Of a stretch of DNA of 53,239 nucleotides, positions 22,601 to 35,300 are shown in pieces. A program made the translations under genes and the position numbers. The notes beneath the pieces are model-generated. The model was not told the DNA's origin and did no database searches. It saw nothing but the letters and a program-made list of their open reading frames with translations. The DNA is from Octopus bimaculoides (lineage: Eukaryota), in contig NC_068986.1 in NCBI RefSeq assembly GCF_001194135.2, positions 39,065,942 through 39,119,180 of the forward strand. Reading direction: 5' to 3'. Position 1 is the first letter of the stretch, and each line of letters begins with the position of its first letter.

Positions 22601-25600
22601 TATCACTGATTCAAAAAGTTGTACAAGCAGTATTTTATAAAAGAATTACAATTAACCATATAATATATTAAGCTGGATTAGATTTTATTGATTTTAAAAG
22701 CTCTATATCTAATATAGGTAAGGGCATGTAGCTCAGTGGTTAGGATGTTGGATTCGTGATCACAAGATTGTGGTTTTGATCCTTGGACCAGGTCATGCAT
22801 TGCATTCTTGAGCAAAGCATTTTATCTCATGCTGCTTGGATCACTTTGATACCATGCATCTGTACTGGTAATGTTGATTTGATGGAAAGAGAGAGCAAAT
22901 GCAGAGCACAAACATTTGATCACTATAAACAAATCATCTGCACAGGTTGTTCAGCAAGAAATTGCAGAACCCTCATCTGTTATCTATGATGGGAAAGTCC
23001 ACAATATCTAAGAAGTGTGTATGTATGTATGTATATATATATATATATATATATAAAATCACCTTTTGTTTTTAAAAGTAAACTCAAAATTTCATACCTT
23101 TAGGTTATAATGGTGTTCATAACTCAAGAGTTTATCAAATAACTGTATCAAAATGAATCAGTTATAATATATTGATTTCTAAGGTCACAATTTTGGGGAG
23201 AAGTTATAAGCTAAAAGTGCATCAAGACCATTTTCAAAATGCTATATCATTTTAGGAGTATTGTGAACTAAGAGTCAATATTTTGCATGCAAAGACTAAG
23301 GTCCAAACAAAGTTATGTCTGTCTGAAAACTGCACTAGCACAGGTTCAGATTAGGATTATTTCAAGGCGAAACTGCCAATGTTCCCAATGAAATCTAGTC
23401 TATTAACTCTCCAACCTGATTCCATGACTTTAGGATGTGGGGTATTATTGAGAACAAAAAACAAAACAACTGCGTTTACAGCCCTTCTTACCACTAGCTA
23501 TTCAGCTGTAGGTACATAACTCGTTTAACATTTAGTCAAGCAAACACTGGAGCGAGTAGAATTACCTTGTTCAAGGGCACAACACAAAGTTAATATTAAG
23601 TTCTGATTTTATGATGGTACCCTAACAAACACAACCTTACAGCCATTTTACTTCTCAAATCAAAGAATAGGCAGCACTCACTTTTTACTCTGGGTTTATA
23701 TTTCAGGAAACCATCTTGAGTACCATTTAAATAGTACTGGACACTTTGTTTCAATTTTGTAATAAGTTCTTGTTTATTTTTAACAGAGTCTCTGAAAAAA
23801 TAAACACAAATGAAAATAACAAAGACGTCTTATTTTTCAATTTTAAAATGCTTTCAAAGCAACTGTTGCTTTAAGAGAAAAAAGAAAAAAAAAAATTGCA
23901 ATCTATAACTATCCACAGTTCAAAGCCTATATCTGTAATGAACTAAATAAATAATTTTTCAAATACTAAATTTCATGTTAAATGATCATTAAAAATATAC
24001 TCTTAAATGTTTTGCTAGATATAAGCTAAAGGAAATTCTACACTAAAACAAGAAACATTCCAATAATATGAGTACTATATTACTTGCTGTGAGGATTTAT
24101 GGACACAGGTATATAAACACTTTATAGATGCATCATCATTATCGTTTAACGTCCGCTTTCCATGCTAGCATGGGTTGGATGATTTGACTGAGGACTGGCA
24201 AACCAGATAGCTGCACCAGACTTAATCTAGTCTGGCAGAGTTTCTACAGCTGGATGCCCTTCCTAACGCCAGCCACTCCAAGAGTGTAGTGGGTGCTTTT
24301 ACTTGCCAGCCAGGCGGTACTGGTACAACTTAAGAAATTTGTGCACAGTGAAATGAAATATAGTTCAATTTAATCATTCTTTTAGTGTTTTCTATAATTT
24401 TTCTTTGTAGAGTATTATCACAGCCCCACCAGTTTAATATGCAAATTAATATATGTAGTGATGAACAATATCTTATGTTATATAGGTGTTTTCTTTTACA
24501 TATAAGTGTTATTACCATGGTCCCTACTCAAATAAATCAAAACATTTACTGCACCTATCTCCTTTATATTCTCTGCTTTGCCTGTCAAGAACCTCTTATA
24601 AGCAAAAACATACAAATTGCAACAGCCTAACCACCTCTTAAATTCTTCTTTCTGTTAAGCTTCAAGAACTTACATGACAACAAAATCAATAGATACCCAA
24701 ACAGATCCAGAAAGATACAATTATATGCTTCCAGTGATACAGCATTTACAATAACAATAATTCAAAACATGCATAAAGAATATTTAAGTATAAAACTGAT
24801 ACACTGCTTCATTTAGTATATCATTTTCAATGTTAACATAAGTTGCAATAATAAAAATACAGACTTCCCCCTCTTTCAAATCATACTAAGTCAGCAAATT
24901 ATTTTAAAATTCTTGAGAAGACATACATCAGCTCACAGTAATTTAATAAGGGAACTGAAGCAAATAAGATTCTTCAAGTGTTTAATATTTATTTATTTAG
25001 TTATTTATGCGTTTGAGCCAAGTGGCTGTGGTCATGCTGGAGCACCACCATGAGGTTCCCATGCCGGGAATCGAACCCAGGCCGCCTGGGTGAAAAAAAT
25101 ATGGAACGCTTCACGAATTTGCATGGGGACAAAACTATAGAAAAATTCAACGTATAAATATCTCTTTAATATTTAGATCTCTGAGGATTACTGCAAAACT
25201 AAAGAAAATCTTTCAATTTATGTAAGCAAGGAAGATTTTTTTTTTTTAATTGTACAATAAGAAGATTAACTAGATCATGTGCTTAAAAGACTAATCCCCA
25301 AACAAAATAAAACACTTTCTTCTAACATATTTTATCAGTGACAAAACATATACACATTCAAGACACCATGAAAAAATCTTAAGAGAAACTTTAAGAAACC
25401 TATCTAAATGTCAGTAAAGATAAAAAATGAAGTAAGTCATTTTCAAAATGTATACCAGAGGCATCTAATCAGCACAGATTTGACAGAAAGCTATTGCATA
25501 ATCTTCAGAATCATCCATTTTCTTTTAGATTCAAAGGACTTTTCAACATAGGTGTTAGACTACTCACAAAATGCATTTTCAGAGATGAATGCTTGTGTAG

Positions 25601-26329
25601 GACCAGCCACACGTTTTGGAATAATGCACATTGTTCAGTCAGGAAGTGCTCTTGCTTAACCCTTTAGCATTCAGATTACTGTCAAATTGAAATGCTTATT
25701 TATCCATATTGTTTTGAATTAATTGGGGCATTATCTCATAACCGAGGTTTCAATGATATGGTTGTTCACTTTTAGAATGACATTGTACGGTAGATGTGAG
25801 AGGCCGAACCTGGCCAATTTGAAAAGAAGACAGGTAGGATATTTGAGCCAGTTCAAATGTTAATCATCATCATTGTTTAACGTCTGCTTTCCATGCTGGC
25901 ATGGGTTGGACGGTTTGACCGAGGACTGGCAAGCCAGATGGCTGCAGTAGGCTCCAATCTGATCTGGCAGAGTTTCTACAGCTGGATACCCTTCCTAATG
26001 CCAACCACTCCGAGAGTGTAGTGGGTACTTTTACGTGCCACTGGCACGAACTTCCCAAGTCTATCAATTTTACCAGATCTCAAAGGATTTGTTCCCTCAC
26101 TTCTCCACTGACAAGAGGTAGGATCTGAACTCAGAAAGCAAAACAGGATGAGATGTTGCAAGGCATTTTGTATGACATTACAAATGGTCGACCAATCAAN
26201 NNNNNNNNNNNNNNNNNNNNNNNNNNNNNNNNNNNNNNNNNNNNNNNNNNNNNNNNNNNNNNNNNNNNNNNNNNNNNNNNNNNNNNNNNNNNNNNNNNNN
26301 NNNNNNNNNNNNNNNNNNNNNNNNNNNNN

Positions 26330-26388
<59 letters not shown>

Positions 26389-29300
26389 TACTTGTCTGTT
26401 TAATATTCATTTTCCATGTTAGTATAGGTTTGGATGGAGATACATTTAAGGCAGGACTATATGGCTGGATGGTTCGCATGTCACCAATCCACACCACTTT
26501 TTGAGGTAAGAGGCTTTCAAAGCATAGAGTGACCGGTCACAAAGTCAACATCAGTACAACTTCATTTAAGTGGTGTTGGGTGTGGAATATAGAAACACTG
26601 ATGCATAAATATGCATCAGTGTTTCTATAAAGTACATGTGCATCCTACAGTTTCTATCATCCAAATTCCCTGACATAGCATTGGTTGGACCAGGGCTACA
26701 GACAATACCCAAGGTGTATTTTAATAAAATGTATATGATGAATTACAGTCAATTCTATAAACTGTTGAAGCATCAATTCTATTGGTAACATCAATTGACT
26801 TAGAGGTTATAATGTAATTCCTATGACAGGAAAGAAAATGAGTCAAAAGCATATCACTTTAACCAACCAACCCATCCACATTTCTGAACTTTTAAAACAT
26901 ATCTATTACATGAAACTTTCAAATACTTTATTAAATATTGCATCCACATTAACTTGCAAAGAAACAATTAGATATGTGAGTATAAAGCTTCATGAATGAA
27001 ATGCCACAGGAGCAAGGCACACAAGGAGATACCATATGGAAAACTTATCAAATTCAAACCAACAGAGGGTGGAAGTGATGATGTTGAAAATTATAACATA
27101 GACAATGAGAACATTCAGTTTCAGCTTTTCTATTCTCACTCCTAGCCACATCTTAATGAAACCTTAAATGAATCGTCTGGGCTTAAATTGGATATATCAA
27201 TAGCTGGTCTGTATTTGCCTAGGGTTAAACTAAATGTTAATAGGTCAGGCTCTCTATGCTGCTGGCACTACATAACCTGAACAATTTGTCTCATGTTTGG
27301 GTGATCAGTGACTAAACTGATCTCCATATCTGGAAGGATGAAGGACACCACCAGGTAATTTGGAACACTTATTTGAAAATGCATTGCTGTGCAGGTTCCG
27401 CCTTCCAGGCTATAGATTTTAAATATAACCTTATGATATTTGAATAAGTTAGTTAACATGAAGATAAACGTATCCACTGTAAATCTGTTTCTTATTTAAA
27501 ATTCAATTCTTAAACAAAAAACACATTGTTGAAGACATGCAAGTTGATTTACAAATGAAACATTTAATTACAATAAAACAAAAGATTTGTAAAAGCAAAG
27601 CTGAAATTTAAAAATTCATTCATGACTTGTAAGTAAAATAAAATATCACTATCTACTTACTTGAAAATTTCCTCCCCAATGACATCCAAATTTTCAACAG
27701 AAGGTAGTTTTCTAACAAAGTCAACAACAGCTTTGATCACTTTTTCTGGTGTTAACTACGAAGAGAAGGAAAAAGTGTGAACATGACTAAACTAAACAAT
27801 TTAGAATAAATGAATAGCTAACTTAACTAGTCTGTTATAGAAACAAGAAATAATTAAGTTTAGAATACTTTTTTACAGAAGTTTCATTGCAGTAAGCAGA
27901 GTTATCTGAAGAAAAAAAAATTTAACTGGACTAGCTTACATTCATTGAAGTAACAAGTATGCCAGTAGAATAAAATGTCAATGGTTTTAGAAAATTAGAC
28001 TTTAGTAATTGTATTAACTGAAAGCTTGTAATCAAGTTTCAATGGTCTAACTACGGTTACACATAAAGTAACAAAATGATTTCCACAACTGACTTAAAAC
28101 TCATCGTTTAGAAATTCACACTAAACTACAGAACATATAGTCAGTAATAAACCTAGACAATAGGGTCAGCAATGCACACAATATACAGAAGATTTTTTAA
28201 ATAATTACATTCAAAGGAGTACTATAACTCAGTAACTCATGTTCAAAAAGTTGGGAGAATGTACCTGACAAACTAACCTGATGGACTCTCCAAGCTTTAC
28301 ATACAAATGAACAAGTTAAAGAGCAAGCCTTAGTATGATTGAACAACTGCTAGGAATAGCAAGTCAAAAATAGAATATCTTTAACCATTGGTCTGCTTGA
28401 TCAAGACTTAGCTGGGAGTTCAACTCAATGAAACAACCTAATTATGAAGGATACTTGTTCAGAGCAATTCATTACATGGTTCAAAACTTGAGTCAGGTTG
28501 ATTGGGTTAATCATAATTATTTGCCAGGGACACATCAATGTTAGGATACAAATTAGTTATTTACAAAGCTGGTATCCTAATGACAAACCAGCCCAAATTC
28601 TAATTAAACTACTGACTGTGTTTATCATTGTCAATATTTGGTAGATAGGCTGGCGTAATTGGTTAGCACTTATCGTGAATATAAGAGGTGTAGGTTCAAT
28701 TCCCATGCATACTAATACCCACTTTTTTTCTGTTGGGGGCTTATATGCCCCAATATTAGACTATTTTCTTCAGCCAATACATGGTGATTGCTTATAAGCT
28801 TTAATGGTGATGAGCTGGGAGAATTGTTAGCACACTGGGTGAAATGCTTAGCGGTATTTCATCCATATTTACATTCCGAGTTCAAATTCTGCCATGGTCA
28901 ACTTTACCTTCATCCGTTTGGGGTCGATAAAATAAGTCTCAGTCAAGTACTGGGATTGATGCAATCAACTTACTTCCTCCCCCGATAATTCTGGCCTTGT
29001 GTTAAAATTTGAAATCATTATTGCCAATGTCAAAAGCAAAACTTGAACATTTGAAGATAATTTAATATGAAATAAAATAGTCAATGCTTCACCTTTGTGG
29101 GTCTTCCTTCTGTGGCTTTATAGACTTCATCTTTGAAAAAGTCAACTAAATCCTCATCAGGAAGTATATGATTTCCTGAAAGGAAAGAAAAAAAAAAATA
29201 CAAAACTCATGGAATGTATACCTTGTTTCTTGAATGTTATCTTCCCTGATCCAATACCTTTCCCCATAGCTACCCTAACATGTATAAAAAAAAATTTTTT

Positions 29301-32300
29301 TTAAAGCAGCTTTATATATCATAAAACATTATCTCATAGGAATGCATGGACCAAGATTTTTTACTCCTATCTTTAGTCATCAGACTATTTTTTAACTATA
29401 AAGGAAGTCTTAACCTTGAAATATATATGTATGTATATACACAACAAAACAAAGCAATTTACTATGTAATTAAATTACAAACTTAAGAGTAATTCATAAT
29501 TTATTGAGGCAGATTTTCTGCAGTTTGAAGCTCTTCCTGTAGCCAACCCTCACCTGTTTCCAAGTACAGTATTATTTCCCCGTGGCCAGAAATATTTTTT
29601 GTAGAATATTGGAAATGAATGACACTGCTTGTCTGACAATGATACTATCATGCAACGTCGAGATAAGGAAACAAACACATTCATTACCAAAATATGTAGA
29701 TAACAGCTGTAAAATCAGCAGAAAGAATTCTGTTTATATGGTTTGGCATGCAACAGGTTATCAAAACGTTTCTCGGTTGTTATGACAGTTTATAGCTATT
29801 TATCTCATAACTGTGTAAAACAAAAAATGTGCAATCAACAACAGCTCCTGCTCATAGGTGAAGGGACTAAGTACACCAGTGAACCTAATCTACTCTGAAT
29901 TTAGTCATGAGAAGAAACAACATTTTTTTGTTTCTATGATGATTAAACTTATATATACGATGTCAATATAATGTGGCTAACATGACAATAAATATATAAG
30001 TTTAATCATCATAGAAAAAAAAAAAAAAAAAAAAAAAACCCTTTTAAAAAAAAAAAGGGAGAATAATTAAATCTAAATGAAAATATCAATTTCTTGCAGC
30101 AAATGGGCATTTTCCTTTTAATCAGCAATTATAAGCGAGAAAAAAAAAAAAGTAATGTAGAAATAATTTGCCACATTTTGTCCATAAATAATGTGCGTGC
30201 ACCCACGATAATCACTTAAAGTACATGATATACATATATACACACACACACACACACAAAAATAAATATATGAATTCTGATGTGAGGTATATACGATGTC
30301 AATATAATTTACAGTGAGTGGCAAGACTGGTGTATATGGCAAACATTTAACTAGACATAATTATTGATTAGTTGGACAGAATTTAGACAGAGAGAGTGAA
30401 ACCTCTCCAATCTTTCATGGTTTCTCATGGAATTGGTTGCTCCCACCTTGTATTATTCAGGACACACAGGACAGTGTTTTACACAAACTAAGATGGAGCT
30501 TCATAAAACATATACCTTGTCTGTATTATGAAGGCAAAGTGCTCAACAGAGAATATATGACTGGAGTGTATATGTTTGTGTGTGTACACTAGGCATGGGT
30601 AACCTTTTTTGAGAAATGGACCAGGAGACATGGTTTATCCACCAGGCAGGTCACATAACTAAAAAGAATTGAAGGTAATTTTTCATTAGGCATATCATTC
30701 AAAGAGTCCCACAGGTTGCACATGACTGGTACACACAAACACAGTTCCAGTACAGCCCTCAACCCATAAAACTGTTATAGGTTGTACTCATGGAAAGAAC
30801 TTCCATCTCAAGTACAATTTTGAATATAAATGAAAAAAATAATGAAATTAGTACTATAAGGTATAAAAGAACAGAATTATATTTCAGTATGCTTTAGGAA
30901 TCAGTTGTTTAAAGAAGATTTTGTCAGAAGGAACCTAGAAAAGACATACACAAAAACTGAAATACACCATCAATGACTACTTCTGAAGGCCACAAGGACA
31001 GAACAGTCACTAGAACTTAACTTCACTACATGTCTTCGACAAACCATTGAGGGATGAAAAGCTAAATCAGCTGGGACAAGATCTAGGCTCAAAATGTAAG
31101 GTGATAAAAGTAAATGCTGTGGGGCTTTTTAATCAAACATTCTAATATTTTCTATCCCCTAAAAAATAAATAAATAGAAAGAAAAAATGTTTATTTGCTA
31201 CCAGATCACCAAAACAGAATAATAGAGAGAAAAAAAAATTTTTTTTTTTTTAAATGAAGATTACCGCATCTTCCTCACTGTCCAAAAAGTTATATGTGCT
31301 ACCTTTTAATGAATAGTGTTTCAATTGAGCTAAATGTTTGCTAGAACAATACAACAGGACTAGGCAATGGAATATCAATTACTACAACAAACTTGCCTTT
31401 TATAAGAATATGTTCAATAACAAGAATGAAATATTAACATGAACTCTTGAAGTGGAGGGAAAATGTTACAAAATCCATATTTCATTAAAAGGTTAAATTG
31501 ACTGTCACAAAATTACTGACATTTTCTCTTTACCCTTTCACCTTAGCTTAATAACACACACACACAAACCATGATAGTTTTCATTGTGTAAGAATGAAAA
31601 AAACTGTATTCTGAAACTGTTTTTCTTTCATTTTCTATATAATGTCAATATTTAAAATTTGGTTTAGACTCCATCACTGCCAGATTTCTTGGTATGCTCT
31701 ACAACTGTGTCAACACTAAATTGCACTTGCATTTAAGTTTTTGATGTCAAGTTATATAGAATTCATCTCCAATATCTCCCATGATAAACTCAAGATTTCA
31801 AATCAATAGCTGCAGAAAAGGATTGTCTTAGAACAGGTGTTAGATGGTGGAATAGCAAAATCTGTTTAGTGTAGGACTAAATGTCTTGCAGAATTTTTGT
31901 CTCTCTATGATTCAGTTTCACATCTCACCAAAATCAACTTTGTATTCCATTCATTTAGGATTGAAGATTTAACACACATGTACCAAGTTCAATAACTGAC
32001 ACAATTATGGCTTTTTCCCTATGTAGAACAATTATTAATTTTGAGAAATGAAGACAAATTGATTGCTCTTATAAAGTCTTGAAAAATTTATTATTATTTG
32101 TTTATAGCTGAATCTTTTGAAGAATCAGAACAAATTCCAGACATGAAAGCAAATTCTAGAAACATGAACCCTTGAAGTAAACTTTGCAATGCTTCAGTCA
32201 TCAGTTAAGAACTTATGCTCTGGTGCAATCTGTTAGTGCGTTCAATATACAGAGAATCTGTAGCTAATATAAAAACTATATTAACTACCACAGGCTAGCT

Positions 32301-35300
32301 GACAGGGAAGAAAGACCATGTAGCAGGTACACAAGAGCAGTTAGCAATAAAAAATGTTTGGAAGGTACCATAGCAGTAGTTGATAGTTTGTTATCTGGGC
32401 AAGCTAATTAGTGGTGGTGGCGAATGCTCTAAAAACATAATAGCTAATATAAGGACAGAGTAGAAAAAGTTGGCTTCTCTCTCCAAATGAAAGGTAGATT
32501 GCATGGCATTTGTGTAGAGTGTAAAACTGAATGGTGGTAAAAACCATTGCTTGCAGAAGATGTGTTAAAGTTGGAAAGAAAAGAGGTGAGTATGCTCAAC
32601 TATGTATGTAAGTGTGCATGAACAATGAAGCACAAATGAACTGAGAAAAACTAAGTATAAGAGAACTGACATGTAATGTGCAAAGAAAAGGGATATGCCA
32701 GAACATGTGATGTATATGAAGGATAACATTTGGGTAAAGTGCCAAGCAATCCAAGTGGAAGAAAGCCAGAGAAGAGGAAGACTTGAAGAAGACAGAAAAA
32801 AAAACAGTGATAGTTGTTCTCATCAAGATGGCAAGGAAGCACAAGTGGCGGGATACTGTGTAAGGGAAGACTTAATCCTATTTCTGCAAAAATGATGAAG
32901 ATTCAGAAATAAGAGCATGGTCATTCACATGCACCAAATCTCAGAGGTAGTTGAATATGAATTGTAAGAGATGAAGATGTGCAAAGAACAAAACCAAAAC
33001 ACACAAAATATTCAACACTTACTTTCAGCATTTCCATATATGACTCAACAATTTCAATAACAATATATTTCTTTAATGAGATTACAGGACAGGACAAATG
33101 CCACAAATCAAAAGTTACACAGCAACTAGCTCTTGAATAAATATTTCTCCTGCAGCTGTTAACTACAAATGTCATCTATAGTTTATTTTACATTAATTCT
33201 ATGAACCTCTCTAATGTACCTACAAATTAGTGTTTATGATTTAGTTTCCTGATATACAGTTTCTCTTCTGCACCTTACTTACACTTAATAATTCAAATGG
33301 GGAATGTTGTGATGTAATAATTTGTCAGTAAACTACATACAATGAAATTAAAACTTAATTATGTGTCTTGCAATAATTAGGGTGCGATACTCCAACATTA
33401 TGGTAAAAACAAAGATAAGAGAAATGCACTGGCATTATCAGTAATGACAATGAGAGTTCTAGCTGATCTGATCAATAGATCTGTTCATGAAATTAACGTG
33501 CAAGTGGCCAAGCATTCTACAGACAGGTGTAAACTCAACATAGTTCTTGGGGAGATTCAGCATAACACAAAAAGTGACAAGGTTTGTCCTTTGAAATATA
33601 GGTACTACTCATTTTTGCCAGCTGAGATAACTGGAGTGACATGATATAAAGTATCTTGCTCAAGGACACAGCACGCTACCAAGGATTGAATTCATGATCG
33701 TATGATCAGGAGCTGAATATCCAAACCACTAAGCAATGCAGAGAACCATAGAAAAATTATGTAAGATGTATTTAGAAGTTAATAACATCGATTAATGAAG
33801 AAAGAAATCATCATGACCAGACACAAGTTTGGCTATGGTGTTAAAAGATGTTCATTTCCCAACCACATAGTTGTTGAATTCAATACCACTGCACAAGAAC
33901 TTGAACAAATGTCTTCTATAGCCTCAGGTCAACCAGTGTCGTGTGAAATTCAGAAGATAGAAACTGTGTGGAAGTCTGCAACATAAATGTGTGTTCTCTA
34001 CTTTCCACTGACATCAGTTAAACAATGGTAATGTTTGTGACCTGCATAATCAATATCTCACAACGCCTGTAGTTCAATGTGAGAAGGCTAGAGGAATAGC
34101 ATACATGAAAGCTTAGGACTGGCATCAGGAGGGACATCTGGCAAAACACTGCTGTCTCAAGAAGTCTTGTCTAACCCATGCGAGCATGGAAAACGTGAAT
34201 ATAAAAATAATGAAGATTTATACATGGTAAATGATCAATTGGCTTTCCAACAATAAAAAAAATTGATTCAATTATAATTAAAGATCCTTTTTTAATACAC
34301 CAGATACAATATCAATATTTTCACATTTAATAACAAGTTTCTACAAGATGGATGAAAGAATCACTGTCATGATTATAACTGCATAAAACCAGAATATAAA
34401 TTCTAATCAAGATACTGCATCAACATATATTTGAGAACCCTTTACATAAAAAAATTTCATAATCAAATGCTGTCAATAATAAACACTGTGGTTAATTAAT
34501 GCTCTTGAAAATATATAATACAGGATGATTGTCTTGTGAAAGTATTCCTAATATACCTTTTACACTTGCTTCAGTTGTTATTGATACCAACCTGCCCAAG
34601 ACCACCCTTGCTTCTATGATACAAACTTTGTTTTATGGTGATCTAAATAATAATTTCCCATAAAGCTTCTGTGTTGATTTATATCCCAATTACTAGCTTA
34701 GTAATGACTAAAATCATCATTAAACATCCGTTTTCCATGCTAGCATGGGATGGATGACTTGACAGAAACTGGTAAGACCAAGGGCCACACCAAATTCCAT
34801 AGTCTGTTTTGGCTTGGTTTCTACAGCTGGATGCCCTTCTTAACACCAATCACTCCACAGAGTACTGGGTGCTTTTTATGTGGCACCAGCACCCACACCA
34901 ATGCCATTTACAGGGCACCTTGGTTTTAGGACCTCAATTCTGTTGTGGTGGGTCTTCTCAAATACAGCAAGCACCACATATTTTCTTCGTAAGGTTTAGA
35001 GTTTTGAGATCAGCCTTCAAAACTTCATCCCATGTCTCCCTCTTCCACAACTTCCCCCCACTTTAAGTGATCGGCACTTCTTTATGCAACTGTCCTCATC
35101 CATCTGTATCATGGCCAAATCATCACAGTCTCCTGTCTTGTACACTGCATATAATTCCTGTTATGTCCAACTTCTTCCCCACATCCAACTGAGCATACCA
35201 GCTTCATTCCTCTGCAGCCTTTGCATGTCCTCCACATTCAGGGCCTGCATCTCACTACCATGCAGCACTGCAATTCACGCATATGCATCATACAATCTTG

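Noticed and set aside
25093-25122. Functional U6 gene
   Set aside because: Only the last ~28 nt are present, with no 5' stem or upstream promoter; it is a retrocopy fragment.
27180-27410. Possible minus-strand exons in intron 3 (DMEISLVTDHPNMRQIVQ; KYRPAIDISNLSPDDSFK)
   Set aside because: Weak donors (GTTATG, GTTTCA), no FAM120 similarity, and exons 3 and 4 already join in phase.
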